NCBI RefSeq assembly: GCF_943914615.1
Contig: NZ_CALUCS010000008.1
Location: 2,037-66,036, forward strand
Length of the DNA: 64,000 bases
Origin: an uncultured Corynebacterium sp.
GTDB lineage: Bacteria; Actinomycetota; Actinomycetes; Mycobacteriales; Mycobacteriaceae
Reading direction: 5' to 3'
The position numbers were made by a program, and so were the translations under genes. Below the pieces are notes generated by a model. That model was not told where the DNA came from. It worked only from the letters and a program-made list of their open reading frames with translations, and did no database searches. Of this stretch, positions 25,062-34,954 are shown one piece after another. Numbering within the stretch: position 1 is the first letter of the stretch; each line of letters opens with the position of its first letter.

Positions 25062-25153
25062 GTAGCGGGGCGCCGGGAATGCCGGCCGCGGGGCGGCGCA
25101 CCGGGCCGATGCTGTACGCGCGGCACGCGGATGGCACGCCTAAGCGTGCAGCG

Positions 25154-25825
25154 CTAGCTGAAGAACGCGCCGAAGATCGAGCCGAGCTGGCGCAAATGCT
25201 CAACCTCGCTGAGCAGAAAGTCCGGCCCACCCGGACGACCAATGATCAGCAGCAGGCTCGTACCCTCGATCGGCGTGCCCGCCAGTGCAGAATCCATGAC
25301 CGCCCAGTTCTCGGGAATCCAATCCTCGCGCTCTGGGTTCAACACGCGCGCCTCGTCCAACGGCGGATGATCCAGCTCCTTCCCGTTGTCCTCCGGCGCA
25401 GCGGGAGAAGCCGCCGCCCGATGAGTCCGCGGCAACGTATCCAGCACGACCGCCCAGCCTGCCGTCATGGAGCGCGGCAGGTCCTGCATCATGATCTCTA
25501 GCGCCTTTTCTTTGTGACGACGCTTCTCCGCCACCCCGGACAGCATCTGAATCTGGCCACGTCGGTCGATAGAACCTGTAAAGGGGCGAATCGAGTCGAC
25601 GTAGAAACCGTCGAGCTCCTGTGTGGCCGTGATCAGGCTGTCGGGCAAGTGCCCAGACGGCAAGGAGACGACAATGTCGTCCATAACGAAGTCGGGCTCA
25701 TCCTGTTCCGCCTGGCCGACAATGTCCACACCGCGAATGTTTCCGCCGACTGTCCCCAGCGCCATGGCCAGCAGACCAAGGGAGCCGGGAGTATCGGGCA
25801 TACGCACACGCATAAGGAAAGACAT
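25154..25825 (-). CDS. ACT-domain protein (conserved partner of gatCA in Corynebacteriales)
   Basis: 223-aa protein with an ACT-like fold, divergent from gatC. Confidence 0.6.
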   Translation of the reverse strand: MSFLMRVRMPDTPGSLGLLAMALGTVGGNIRGVDIVGQAEQDEPDFVMDDIVVSLPSGHLPDSLITATQELDGFYVDSIRPFTGSIDRRGQIQMLSGVAEKRRHKEKALEIMMQDLPRSMTAGWAVVLDTLPRTHRAAASPAAPEDNGKELDHPPLDEARVLNPEREDWIPENWAVMDSALAGTPIEGTSLLLIIGRPGGPDFLLSEVEHLRQLGSIFGAFFS

Positions 25826-25888
25826 GGAACCGATACTAGCGACACCTGAAGTCCACGGGGGCTACTTGCCTTGGCTAGAGTAGAACCC

Positions 25889-26194
25889 ATGTCTGAGATT
25901 TCGCGCGAAGATGTTGCCCACCTGGCCCGCCTGGCCCGCCTGGACCTGGGGGAGCAGGAATTGGATGAATACGCAGCTCAGATCGACGGGATTGTCGATC
26001 ACGTGGCCGCGATCGGGAAGGTAGACACCGAAGGCGTTGAGCCGCTGAGCCACCCCACTCAGAACGTTGACGGCGATGTCGCCGTCATGCGTGAAGATGT
26101 GGTCGTTCCGAGCCTCACCGCAGAGCAAGCCCTGGACCAGGCGCCGAAGCAGAGCGAGCAGCGCTTTGAGGTGCCGCAGATTCTCGCGGACTAG
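25889..26194 (+). CDS. gatC: Glu-tRNA(Gln) amidotransferase subunit C
   Basis: MSEISREDVAHLARLARLDLGEQELDEYAAQIDGIV... is a typical GatC. Start at ATG 25889. Confidence 0.85.
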   Translation: MSEISREDVAHLARLARLDLGEQELDEYAAQIDGIVDHVAAIGKVDTEGVEPLSHPTQNVDGDVAVMREDVVVPSLTAEQALDQAPKQSEQRFEVPQILAD

Positions 26195-26248
26195 GACAGC
26201 CTCAGAGGAACGTTAGCGTCACTGGGGCTGCGGCATAGTTGCCGCGGG

Positions 26249-26350
26249 TGGCGTCAAAAAGCTAAAAGACCGTTAGAGCAACGAACGTTTAGAACTCCAA
26301 GCTTTAAAGAGTTCAAGCTTTAAAGAACTAAAGAACTTAAAGAACCAAAG
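26249..26350. repeat. AT-rich spacer between gatC and gatA: a GGCGTCA-family element followed by tandem CTTTAAAGA / TAAAGAAC units
   Basis: ggcgtcaaaaagctaaaagaccgttagagcaacgaacgtttagaactccaagctttaaagagttcaagctttaaagaactaaagaacttaaagaacc. Confidence 0.7.
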
Positions 26351-26367
26351 GAACTGTAGGAACACTC

Positions 26368-27870
26368 ATGGCTGAGAACAAGTACATCGTCGGTTCCCGG
26401 GACGACTCGGACTTCACCACCTGGACCGCCGCCGAACTGGCGGAGAAGATCCACGCGCGCGAGATCAGCTCCCAGGAAGTTACGCAGGCCCACCTGGACC
26501 GCATCGGTGAGGTCGACGGCGACATCCACGCATTCCTCCACGTCGGCACCGACGAAGCGCTGGCGGCAGCCTCCAACGTTGACGACGCGCTGGCCGCCGG
26601 CGACCAGCCGACCAGCAAGCTGGCCGGCGTGCCGCTGGCGCTGAAGGACGTTTTCACCACCACCGACGCGCCGACCACGTGTGCCTCCAAGATGCTGGAG
26701 GGCTACATGAGCCCCTACGACGCAACCGTCACCATGCGTCTGCGCGCCGCCGGCATCCCGATCTTGGGCAAGACGAACATGGACGAGTTCGCCATGGGCT
26801 CCTCCACCGAGAACTCCGCCTACGGCCCGACGAAGAACCCCTACGACCTGGAGCGCACGCCAGGCGGCTCCGGCGGCGGTTCGTCGGCGGCGCTGGCCGC
26901 GGGCATGGCTCCGCTGGCCATCGGCACGGACACGGGTGGCTCCATCCGCCAGCCCGCCGCGCTGACCAACACCGTCGGCGTGAAGCCGACCTACGGCACC
27001 GTTTCCCGTTACGGCCTGGTGGCCTGCGCCTCCTCGCTGGACCAGGGCGGTCCGACGGCGCGCACAGTCCTAGATACCGCGCTGCTGCACGAGGTTATTG
27101 CGGGGCATGACGCCAACGACTCGACCTCCTCCTCCCACGCCGTCGCGCCGGTTGTCGAGGCTGCGAAGCAGGGTGCCTCCGGAGACTTGAGCGGCGTGAA
27201 GCTGGGTGTGGTTAAGCAGTTCGAGCGGGCCGAGGCCTTCCAGCCAGGCGTGCTGGAGACCTACCACGCCAACCTGGAGCAGCTGAAGTCCCAGGGAGCT
27301 GAGCTGGTGGAGGTCGACTGCCCGAACTTCGACCACGCACTAAACGCCTACTACCTGATCCTGCCCTGTGAGGTCAGTTCCAACCTGGCCCGCTTTGACG
27401 GCATGCGCTACGGCCAGCGCCGCGGAGACGACGGCTCCCGTTCCGCCGACCAGGTGATGAGCAAGACCCGCGCCGAAGGCTTCGGCCCGGAGGTCAAGCG
27501 CCGCATCATGCTGGGCACCTACGCCCTGTCCGTCGGCTACTACGACGCCTACTACCTGCAGGCTCAGCGCGTCCGCAACCTGATTTCCCAGGACTTCGCC
27601 AAGGCCTACGAGCAGGTCGACGCGATCGTCGCGCCCGTGACGCCGTCCACTGCCTTCAAGCTGGGCGAGAAGGCCGACGACCCGCTGGCAATGTACATGT
27701 TCGACCTGTTCACCCTGCCGCTGAACCTGGCGGGCGTGTGCGGCATGTCCGTGCCCGCTGGCTTCGCCAGCGACTCCGGCCTGCCGACCGGCCTGCAGAT
27801 CATGGGCCCGGCACACGGCGACGACCGCCTGTACCGCGTCGGCGCGGCCTTCGAGGCCGGCCGCGCCTAG
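26368..27870 (+). CDS. gatA: Glu-tRNA(Gln) amidotransferase subunit A
   Basis: Amidase signature (GGSSGGSAAA), 500 aa. Confidence 0.95.
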   Translation: MAENKYIVGSRDDSDFTTWTAAELAEKIHAREISSQEVTQAHLDRIGEVDGDIHAFLHVGTDEALAAASNVDDALAAGDQPTSKLAGVPLALKDVFTTTDAPTTCASKMLEGYMSPYDATVTMRLRAAGIPILGKTNMDEFAMGSSTENSAYGPTKNPYDLERTPGGSGGGSSAALAAGMAPLAIGTDTGGSIRQPAALTNTVGVKPTYGTVSRYGLVACASSLDQGGPTARTVLDTALLHEVIAGHDANDSTSSSHAVAPVVEAAKQGASGDLSGVKLGVVKQFERAEAFQPGVLETYHANLEQLKSQGAELVEVDCPNFDHALNAYYLILPCEVSSNLARFDGMRYGQRRGDDGSRSADQVMSKTRAEGFGPEVKRRIMLGTYALSVGYYDAYYLQAQRVRNLISQDFAKAYEQVDAIVAPVTPSTAFKLGEKADDPLAMYMFDLFTLPLNLAGVCGMSVPAGFASDSGLPTGLQIMGPAHGDDRLYRVGAAFEAGRA

Positions 27871-27990
27871 CCGGTCGCGCATAGCTGGCTGCCCCTGAAT
27901 TGGCGGGCAGGGCGGACGGTCGCAAACCGACCGGGCAAAGCTGCCGGCGACGGAGGCCTCGGCGAGCACATCCTGGGCCGGCGTGCGGAA

Positions 27991-28731
27991 ATGGTCAGGC
28001 CCGGGCGCCCCGCGGCGAGCGTCGCGGATCAGCGTATGGTGGGGGACATGGGTAAAATTCCCGAACTTTACACAGGCGACGGCTTCGTCGAAGACCCCGA
28101 CGGATCCCGACGTTGGGGAGTCCTCGGCGCGGCGGGACTGTTCCTCGTCACCGACGACCGCCACGTCCTGATGCAGCACCGCGCCAAGTGGACCAACCGC
28201 GGCGGCACCTGGGCTCTGCCCGGCGGCGCCATCGACGTCGGCGAAACACCCACCGACGGCGCCCTCCGCGAAACGTGGGAAGAGACAGGCGTGGGGGCGT
28301 CATCGGTAAAGGTGCACCAAGAAATCGTCACCTCCACCGTGCCCGTCAAGGTTGCGTACTGCCGCCTGCCCGTCCGCGACGACGAGTGGCACCTCTTCGC
28401 CGACATCGAAAAAATCATCGAACGGAACGGAGACCCCCGCAAGGCTCTGCAGGACTTTCCAGTCCGACACCCCAGCCTCGACGCATCGCTAAATGCCCAC
28501 GGAATCTTCGGACTCGGCGGCACATTCTGGTGGCAATACGAAAACCCGGAAATCAACGAGTGGACATACACCACCGTCCTGGCCACCTGCTCCGAACATC
28601 TGGAGCTGCACCCGACCGCCGAATCACTGGAGCTACTGTGGCAGCCCATCGACCAGCTCGAAGAACTGCCACTGATGCCGGAGTTTAAGGCCAGTTTGCC
28701 CGCCATCCGGGCAGCAGTAGACTCCCTTTAA
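27991..28731 (+). CDS. NUDIX hydrolase
   Basis: Nudix box GGAIDVGETPTDGALRETWEETG. Confidence 0.8.
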   Translation: MVRPGRPAASVADQRMVGDMGKIPELYTGDGFVEDPDGSRRWGVLGAAGLFLVTDDRHVLMQHRAKWTNRGGTWALPGGAIDVGETPTDGALRETWEETGVGASSVKVHQEIVTSTVPVKVAYCRLPVRDDEWHLFADIEKIIERNGDPRKALQDFPVRHPSLDASLNAHGIFGLGGTFWWQYENPEINEWTYTTVLATCSEHLELHPTAESLELLWQPIDQLEELPLMPEFKASLPAIRAAVDSL

Positions 28732-30120
28732 GTGAAATACCCCGCGCTGCCGCTTCCACTGCCACAAGCATGGCGCGCCCTCGTGGCGCTGTGCATCGGC
28801 TTCTTTATGATCCTGCTGGATCAAACGATTGTCGCCGTCGCCACGCCCGCATTCCAAGCCGACCTGCACGCCGACTACGGCCAAGTGCTGTGGGTCACCA
28901 GTGCCTACCTGCTGGCGTTCGCGGTGCCTCTGATGGTCACCGGCCGGCTCGGCGACCGCTTCGGCCCGAAGAACCTCTACATCGCGGGCATGACGATCTT
29001 CACGCTCTCGTCACTTGCCTGCGGACTGGCCGGCAGCATAGAAACGCTAATCGCCGCCCGCGCCGTGCAAGGTATTGGCGGATCTTTATTGACGCCCCAG
29101 ACCATGAGCGTGATCAACCGTATCTTCCCGCGAGACAAGCGCGGGGCCGCACTGGGCATCTGGGGTGCCACGGCGGGAATATCCACGCTCGCCGGACCAC
29201 TGCTCGGAGGCCTCATCACCCAGTACGCAACCTGGCAGTGGGTGTTCTTCATCAACGTACCCATCGGTGTGCTGTCCGTGGTGATGGTCGCCCGCTGGGT
29301 CCCACGTTTCCAGCCGACCGAGGAACGCATCAACGTGCCGTCGATCCTGCTTTCCATGGTGGCGATGACGATGGTGATCTACGGCATCCAAGAAGGCGAC
29401 CCCGCCGGCTGGGCGCCGTGGATCTGGGCACTGCTGCTCGGAGGCGTAGCGCTGCTGGTGGCCTTCGTCTGGCTGCAATCCCGCCTATCCGCAGGCAGCG
29501 CGCTGGTTCCGATCTCCCTGTTCGCACGCCGCCACTTCGCATTCGGCAACGCATCCATCTTCACCATGGGCTTCACCGTCGCCGGCATGATGGTGCCAGT
29601 GATGATGTATCTGCAGGAAGTTCACCGTTTCAGCCCGATGAAGGCATCCATCGTTGTGACCCCCATGGCCATCATCGCTGGAATTATGGCGCCGTTCGTC
29701 GGCCGGCTGGTCGACCGCTACGAGCCCAGGCGCTTCGCCGTCCTCGGATTCTGCCTAATGGCCACCGGCGTGGCCGCGTTGGTGTTCTCCATGCGCCCCG
29801 AACGCCCACTATGGATGATGATCGGAGCGTTCGTGATCCTCGGATTCGGAAACTCCTTCGTCTGGGCCCCGAACTCCACCACCACCCTGCGCGACCTGCC
29901 GCCCCAGTTCGCCGGAGCGGGCTCTGGAATGTACAACGCCACCCGCCAACTCGGCGCCGTTACAGGAGCCGCCGTTATCGCCGCAGTCGTCCAAGCACGC
30001 GTCAGTGCCGTCGGTCCTCAGGCCTTCGGTGACTCCCTGCTGCCCGCGGTGATCATGCTGATCCTCGGCGCAGTGGCCTCCGGCATGGCTCGGCCAGAGG
30101 GCAGTCGCGGAGACGAGTAG
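28732..30120 (+). CDS. MFS transporter (DHA2-like drug:H+ antiporter)
   Basis: About 14 TM segments and an MFS motif (GRLGDRFGPK). GTG start is adjacent to the NUDIX stop codon. Confidence 0.8.
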   Translation: MKYPALPLPLPQAWRALVALCIGFFMILLDQTIVAVATPAFQADLHADYGQVLWVTSAYLLAFAVPLMVTGRLGDRFGPKNLYIAGMTIFTLSSLACGLAGSIETLIAARAVQGIGGSLLTPQTMSVINRIFPRDKRGAALGIWGATAGISTLAGPLLGGLITQYATWQWVFFINVPIGVLSVVMVARWVPRFQPTEERINVPSILLSMVAMTMVIYGIQEGDPAGWAPWIWALLLGGVALLVAFVWLQSRLSAGSALVPISLFARRHFAFGNASIFTMGFTVAGMMVPVMMYLQEVHRFSPMKASIVVTPMAIIAGIMAPFVGRLVDRYEPRRFAVLGFCLMATGVAALVFSMRPERPLWMMIGAFVILGFGNSFVWAPNSTTTLRDLPPQFAGAGSGMYNATRQLGAVTGAAVIAAVVQARVSAVGPQAFGDSLLPAVIMLILGAVASGMARPEGSRGDE

Positions 30121-30238
30121 GCGTCAATAATAAAGACAATAAAGACCGGAAAACCAGTAGAGGCCAGCTAAACCCCCGAAACCGTCACGAAAACATCCCG
30201 CCCGGCAGATCCGGCGGGGTATCGCTAAACTTTAAAAC

Positions 30239-31267
30239 ATGCGTATTGCGACCTTGACCAGTGGTGGAGACTGCCCAGGATTGAACGCCGTCATCCGAGG
30301 CATCGTACGGACAGCGGCCGGGGAAGGCCATACCGTCGTCGGATTCGAAGACGGCTGGCAGGGACTGCTGGAAGACCGCCGCGTGCAACTGTATGACGAC
30401 GACTTTATCGACCGGATCCTGCGCCGCGGAGGCACCATCCTCGGCACCGGACGCCTGCACCCCGACGACTTCATGGCCGGCATCGACCGAGTCAAAGCCA
30501 ACCTCGCGGACGCAGGCATCGACGCACTGATCCCCATCGGCGGCGAAGGCACCCTGAAGGGCGCGCGCTTCCTGCACGATAACGGCGTGCCAGTGGTCGG
30601 CGTGCCGAAGACCATCGACAATGACGTCAACGGAACCGACTACACCTTCGGCTTCGATACCGCCGTCGCCGTCGCCACCGACGCCATCGACCGCCTGCAC
30701 ACCACCGCCGAATCACACGACCGCGTGATGATCGTGGAAGTCATGGGCCGCCACGTCGGCTGGATCGCACTGCACGCAGGCATGGCCGGCGGGGCCCACG
30801 AAATCCTGATCCCGGAGTTCCCGTTCGACATCGACGACGTCTGCCGCCGCATGGCTCGCCGATTCCAGCTGGGGGAGAAGTACGGCATTATTGTCGTCGC
30901 CGAAGGCGCACTGCCGAAGGAAGGCACCCTGGACGTCGCCGAACGCGAAGTTGACCAGTTCGGCCACGAGAAGTTCCAAGACATGTCCGCGCTGATCGCC
31001 AAGGAGATCGAAAACCGCCTGGATACCGACGTACGTTCCACCGTGCTGGGGCACATCCAGCGCGGCGGAACTCCCACGGCGTTTGACCGCGTTCTGGCAA
31101 CGCGCTTTGCCGTGAATGCCACCAAAGCCGCCATCCGGGGAGAATTCGGCAAGGTCGTTGCGCTCAAGGGCGGCAGCATCGAGCTGATCGACTTTGAAGA
31201 AGCCGTCGGCACGCTGAAGGAAGTTCCCGAGAGGCGCTACGAAACGGCGCGCTCGCTGTTCGGCTAG
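30239..31267 (+). CDS. pfkA: ATP-dependent 6-phosphofructokinase
   Basis: [26 protein letters not shown] and PKTIDNDV motifs. Confidence 0.95.
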   Translation: MRIATLTSGGDCPGLNAVIRGIVRTAAGEGHTVVGFEDGWQGLLEDRRVQLYDDDFIDRILRRGGTILGTGRLHPDDFMAGIDRVKANLADAGIDALIPIGGEGTLKGARFLHDNGVPVVGVPKTIDNDVNGTDYTFGFDTAVAVATDAIDRLHTTAESHDRVMIVEVMGRHVGWIALHAGMAGGAHEILIPEFPFDIDDVCRRMARRFQLGEKYGIIVVAEGALPKEGTLDVAEREVDQFGHEKFQDMSALIAKEIENRLDTDVRSTVLGHIQRGGTPTAFDRVLATRFAVNATKAAIRGEFGKVVALKGGSIELIDFEEAVGTLKEVPERRYETARSLFG

Positions 31268-31282
31268 CGAGTGCCAGCGAAC

Positions 31283-31386
31283 GCCGTGGCGTGCTGTGGC
31301 GCGCCGGGCAGCCGTGCCTGACGTGCTGTGGCGCGCCGGGCAGCCGCGGCTGACGTGCTGTGGCGCGCGGGACAGCCGCAGCTGAC
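31283..31386. repeat. Three tandem copies of a 32-bp GC-rich repeat (GTGCTGTGGCGCGCCGGGCAGCCGYGSCTGAC) just downstream of pfkA
   Basis: Copies at 31291-31322, 31323-31354 and 31355-31386 with 2-4 mismatches. Confidence 0.8.
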
Positions 31387-31605
31387 TTGGCAAAACTCTC
31401 ACGCAGAGGACCAGGTCAGGTGCCACGATTGGTTCCGATCCGGCTGAAATTGACGGTCGACGAGGTGCGACGCCACACAGGCGTAGGGGTTTTGTCAAGG
31501 GGGAGTTGAAATGCCTGTGGAAAACGCCCGCGAAGGGGACGAGTTATCCACAGGAGGTCGCGCGGGGCGGGGCAGAAATTTTGCGCATAGTTTAGCGTTC
31601 GGGGC

Positions 31606-33240
31606 ATGGAGAAATTGCAGCAGCTCGCGAAGCTCAAGCGTCAAGTGGCGGACGCGCAGCGCCACGGCGTGGAGCTGCTGACAGAAGCCATCGGAACGCC
31701 CGCCGAGCAGCTCCCGCTGGAGCGCGAGTATGCGCGAAGTGTGGCGCGGGCAGCGGAACATTTCTCCGGGGCGGCGTACTCGCGTTATAAGAAGCGGGCT
31801 TTGGAGGCCGCCCAGCGCAACGGACACGGTCTGGATGTGCTGATACTGATCGCCGAACGAGCTCGGGCACTGGGGATCAAACAGCGTTACGTGTTTACGG
31901 AAACGCTATGCAACACTGCCGGAGACTATGCGGCAATTTCGCGCCGGGCGACGCAACTGCGGCGCGAAATGCAAGGGCCGCGGGTGCCCGACGACGGAGG
32001 ACGCCGCATCATGCACGGCACGAAGACCACTATCCAGTTCACGGGGCCGTCGCACCGCATGTCCGAGATCTGGGACTCTGCACGCCTGGACCCACTTGCG
32101 TGGCTCACGGAGAATCGCACCATTCAACGCAGCACTCTGACCACCAACGTTGTGGTCAACCTGGATGACTACATTCAGGTACTCAGCGGCCAAGGGGATG
32201 AGATCGAGCTGCGGGCCACCAATGGGGCCGTCCTCACCGGGGCGGAATACGTCGCCCGTCGCCTAGAAAACGCCGGGTTTCCCCGCCAGCTATCCACGCC
32301 AATCGCTGACGCTTCAGTCGCCGACGTTTCAACTGCCGAGACCCCAATCGTCGACGGCTCGGTCGCCGACGCCTCGACTATCGACGGCTCGGTCGCCGAC
32401 GCAGCGGTGACACCGGCGCCTACACCTGATATTGCTACTCAAGCTGGGGCCTTTGAAAAATGGCACGGAGGCAGTGTGGTCGACGCGGCGGGCGGAGTGC
32501 CGTCTCCGGGGCAGCCGCCAGGCGCTGGACGGCCACCGGGTGTTGAACTGTCGTCGGGCGCTGAACGGTCGTCGGGCGCTGAACCGTCGGCGGGCTCTGA
32601 GCCGGCGCTGGGCGCTGAGCCGGTGCCCGCGGGCGTGGCAGATAGTATCTCGGCCAGCTCGGCGGAGACGGCGCTTACGGCGAGGCCAGCCGGTGTGGCA
32701 GGTATTGCGGGCGCGGCAGGTGTTGCGGGCGCGGCAGGTGTTGCGAACGCGGCAAAGACGGCAAGCGTGATGCTGAAGGATGGAGATTGCATCACCTTGA
32801 TAGCTCCGGAGCAAGGGCCGGTGAATTTATACAGGGTGAAGCGGTTGGCGTCACCAAAACAGCGCCGAATGTTGGAAGCCGAAACGACGCGATGTGCCTG
32901 GCCGGGATGTGGGCGTCCGGCGAGTGAATGCCAAGTTCACCACCTGCAGGAATTCGCGAAAGGCGGAGAAACAAACCCCGAAAACATGACACTCCTGTGC
33001 CCGTATCACAATGGCGTGAACGGGCAACGCGGCCGCGGGCGGATGGTGCGCGAGGGCGGGCGCGTCACCTGGCTGCCGCCGGACCCGCCGGGACGTGGGG
33101 AACCGCCGGACCCGCCGGGGCCGCCGGGCCGCGGGGAACCGGCGGAACTGCCGGAAATGCCGGGCCCGCTGGGACGCGGGGAACCGCCCAGACGCGCGGC
33201 CGCGCTGGGAGACGTCGGGGTGTCCGAAGAAGGGGCGTAG
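31606..33240 (+). CDS. DUF222 / HNH-endonuclease domain protein (REP13E12-like family) with repeat-rich inserts
   Basis: C-terminal HNH motif [41 protein letters not shown]. Internal tandem nucleotide repeats encode (V/I)[19 protein letters not shown] and [10 protein letters not shown] units. Confidence 0.7.
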   Translation: MEKLQQLAKLKRQVADAQRHGVELLTEAIGTPAEQLPLEREYARSVARAAEHFSGAAYSRYKKRALEAAQRNGHGLDVLILIAERARALGIKQRYVFTETLCNTAGDYAAISRRATQLRREMQGPRVPDDGGRRIMHGTKTTIQFTGPSHRMSEIWDSARLDPLAWLTENRTIQRSTLTTNVVVNLDDYIQVLSGQGDEIELRATNGAVLTGAEYVARRLENAGFPRQLSTPIADASVADVSTAETPIVDGSVADASTIDGSVADAAVTPAPTPDIATQAGAFEKWHGGSVVDAAGGVPSPGQPPGAGRPPGVELSSGAERSSGAEPSAGSEPALGAEPVPAGVADSISASSAETALTARPAGVAGIAGAAGVAGAAGVANAAKTASVMLKDGDCITLIAPEQGPVNLYRVKRLASPKQRRMLEAETTRCAWPGCGRPASECQVHHLQEFAKGGETNPENMTLLCPYHNGVNGQRGRGRMVREGGRVTWLPPDPPGRGEPPDPPGPPGRGEPAELPEMPGPLGRGEPPRRAAALGDVGVSEEGA

Positions 33241-33338
33241 GTGGGCATTGGCGCGCTGAAATGCGAGGGAGGCGCGCGGAGGCGCGGCCGCGTGCACCCA
33301 GCGACCCTAACGCCACACAGTTACGCATACGTATTAAG

Positions 33339-34865
33339 ATGGCTGGCATGACTGCGCCTGTCTACGATTACTCCGATGATGTGATGGACTTCGACGAAGT
33401 GCTGGAGCACTTCGACCCGGTAATGGGCATGGAAGTTCACGTCGAACTCGCCACGAAGACGAAAATGTTCTCCACGTCCTCTGCGGAATTCGGCGACGCA
33501 CCAAACAGCAACGTCGACCCATGCAGCCTCGGCCTACCGGGCGCGCTGCCAGTTGTAAACAAGCTCGGCGTGGAATGGGCCATCAAGATTGGCCTGGCGC
33601 TGAACTGCGAGATTGCTCCGAAGTCCCGCTTCGCACGCAAGAACTACTTCTACCCAGACCAGCCGAAGAACTACCAGATCTCCCAGTACGACGAGCCCAT
33701 CGCCTACGACGGGTACCTCGACGTCGTATTGGAAGACGGTACCGAATGGCGCGTGGAGATTGAACGCGCCCACATGGAAGAAGACACCGGCAAGCTGACC
33801 CACCTCGGCGGTGCAGACGGTCGCATCCACGGCGCCACCGCCTCCCTCGTGGACTGCAACCGCGCAGGCGTGCCACTGATCGAAATTGTGACCAAGCCGA
33901 TCGAAGGCGCCGGCGAACGAGCACCAGAAGTTGCGAAGGCATACGTCTCCGCACTCCGCGACCTCGTCAAGGCACTCGGCGTATCCGACGCGCGCATGGA
34001 TCAGGGCTCCATGCGCGTGGACTCCAACCTGTCCCTGCGCCCCGTCGGCACCACCGAATACGGCATGCGCACCGAAACGAAGAACATCAACTCGCTGAAG
34101 TCCGTCGAGCAGGCCGTGCGCTTTGAAATGCAGCGCCAGGCAGCCTGCCTCGTCAACGACGTGGAAATCGTTCAGGAAACCCGCCACTACCAGGAAACCG
34201 ACGGCACCACCTCCAAGGGGCGCCCGAAGGAAACCATGGCGGACTACCGCTACTTCAACGACCCAGACCTGCCGCCCGTACTCGCCCCCGCAGAGTGGGT
34301 CGAAGAAATCCGCTCCACCCTGCCGGAAATGCCGTGGATCCGCCGCGCCCGCATCCAGGAGGAATGGGGCCTGAAGGACGAAGAAATGCGCGACCTGGTC
34401 AACGCCGGCGCTCTGGATCTAGTGGTCGACACCGTCGAAGCAGGCGCCAAGCCCGACGAAGCTCGCTCCTGGTGGGTCTCCTACCTCGCAGGCAAGGCAA
34501 ACGAACAAGGCGTAGAACTTACCGGTCTCGACATCACGCCGGCTCAGGTGGCGCGGGTGGCGTCACTAGTAAACGAAGGCAAGCTCACCACCAAGCTTGC
34601 ACGTCAAGCAGTCGACGGAGTGCTGGCAGGCGAAGGCGACGTCGACGAGGTTGTCGCAGCGCGTGGCCTGGAAGTCGTGCGCGATGACGGCGCCATCGAA
34701 GCAGCCGTCGACGAAGCCCTGGCCGCAAACCCGGACATCGTCGAAAAGTACCGTGCGGGCAACAAGAAGGTTACCGGTGCGATTGTCGGTGCCGTCATGA
34801 AGGCCACCAAGGGTAAGGCAGACCCCGCACAGGTTAACCAGCTGATCGCTAAGAAGCTCAGCTAG
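33339..34865 (+). CDS. gatB: Asp/Glu-tRNA amidotransferase subunit B
   Basis: [37 protein letters not shown]... and a C-terminal GatB/YqeY domain. Start at ATG 33339; the track start at 32928 is rejected because it overlaps the HNH gene. Confidence 0.85.
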   Translation: MAGMTAPVYDYSDDVMDFDEVLEHFDPVMGMEVHVELATKTKMFSTSSAEFGDAPNSNVDPCSLGLPGALPVVNKLGVEWAIKIGLALNCEIAPKSRFARKNYFYPDQPKNYQISQYDEPIAYDGYLDVVLEDGTEWRVEIERAHMEEDTGKLTHLGGADGRIHGATASLVDCNRAGVPLIEIVTKPIEGAGERAPEVAKAYVSALRDLVKALGVSDARMDQGSMRVDSNLSLRPVGTTEYGMRTETKNINSLKSVEQAVRFEMQRQAACLVNDVEIVQETRHYQETDGTTSKGRPKETMADYRYFNDPDLPPVLAPAEWVEEIRSTLPEMPWIRRARIQEEWGLKDEEMRDLVNAGALDLVVDTVEAGAKPDEARSWWVSYLAGKANEQGVELTGLDITPAQVARVASLVNEGKLTTKLARQAVDGVLAGEGDVDEVVAARGLEVVRDDGAIEAAVDEALAANPDIVEKYRAGNKKVTGAIVGAVMKATKGKADPAQVNQLIAKKLS

Positions 34866-34954
34866 CGGCGCCAGGGCTGCGGAAGCCCAGTGGTCGCTCG
34901 GCGGCAGTCCGGCGGGAACACCGACGATGGAATACGTCATCGGAGACATGCCGA

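Noticed and set aside
26226-26248. Short hairpin GCGGCatagttGCCGC after gatC
   Set aside because: Only a 5-bp stem, followed by an A-rich rather than a T-rich tract; not a convincing intrinsic terminator.
27340-28179. 279-aa minus-strand ORF
   Set aside because: Antisense to the gatA 3' end and the NUDIX gene.
28770-30032. 420-aa + strand ORF in an alternative frame of the MFS transporter gene
   Set aside because: Arg/Pro-rich translation of the MFS gene in the wrong frame. The 28732 frame gives a canonical 14-TM MFS protein.
32928-33338. N-terminal extension of gatB in the ORF track
   Set aside because: Overlaps the 3' end of the HNH gene in another frame and is Arg/Gly/Pro-rich. The conserved GatB N-terminus begins at the ATG at 33339.
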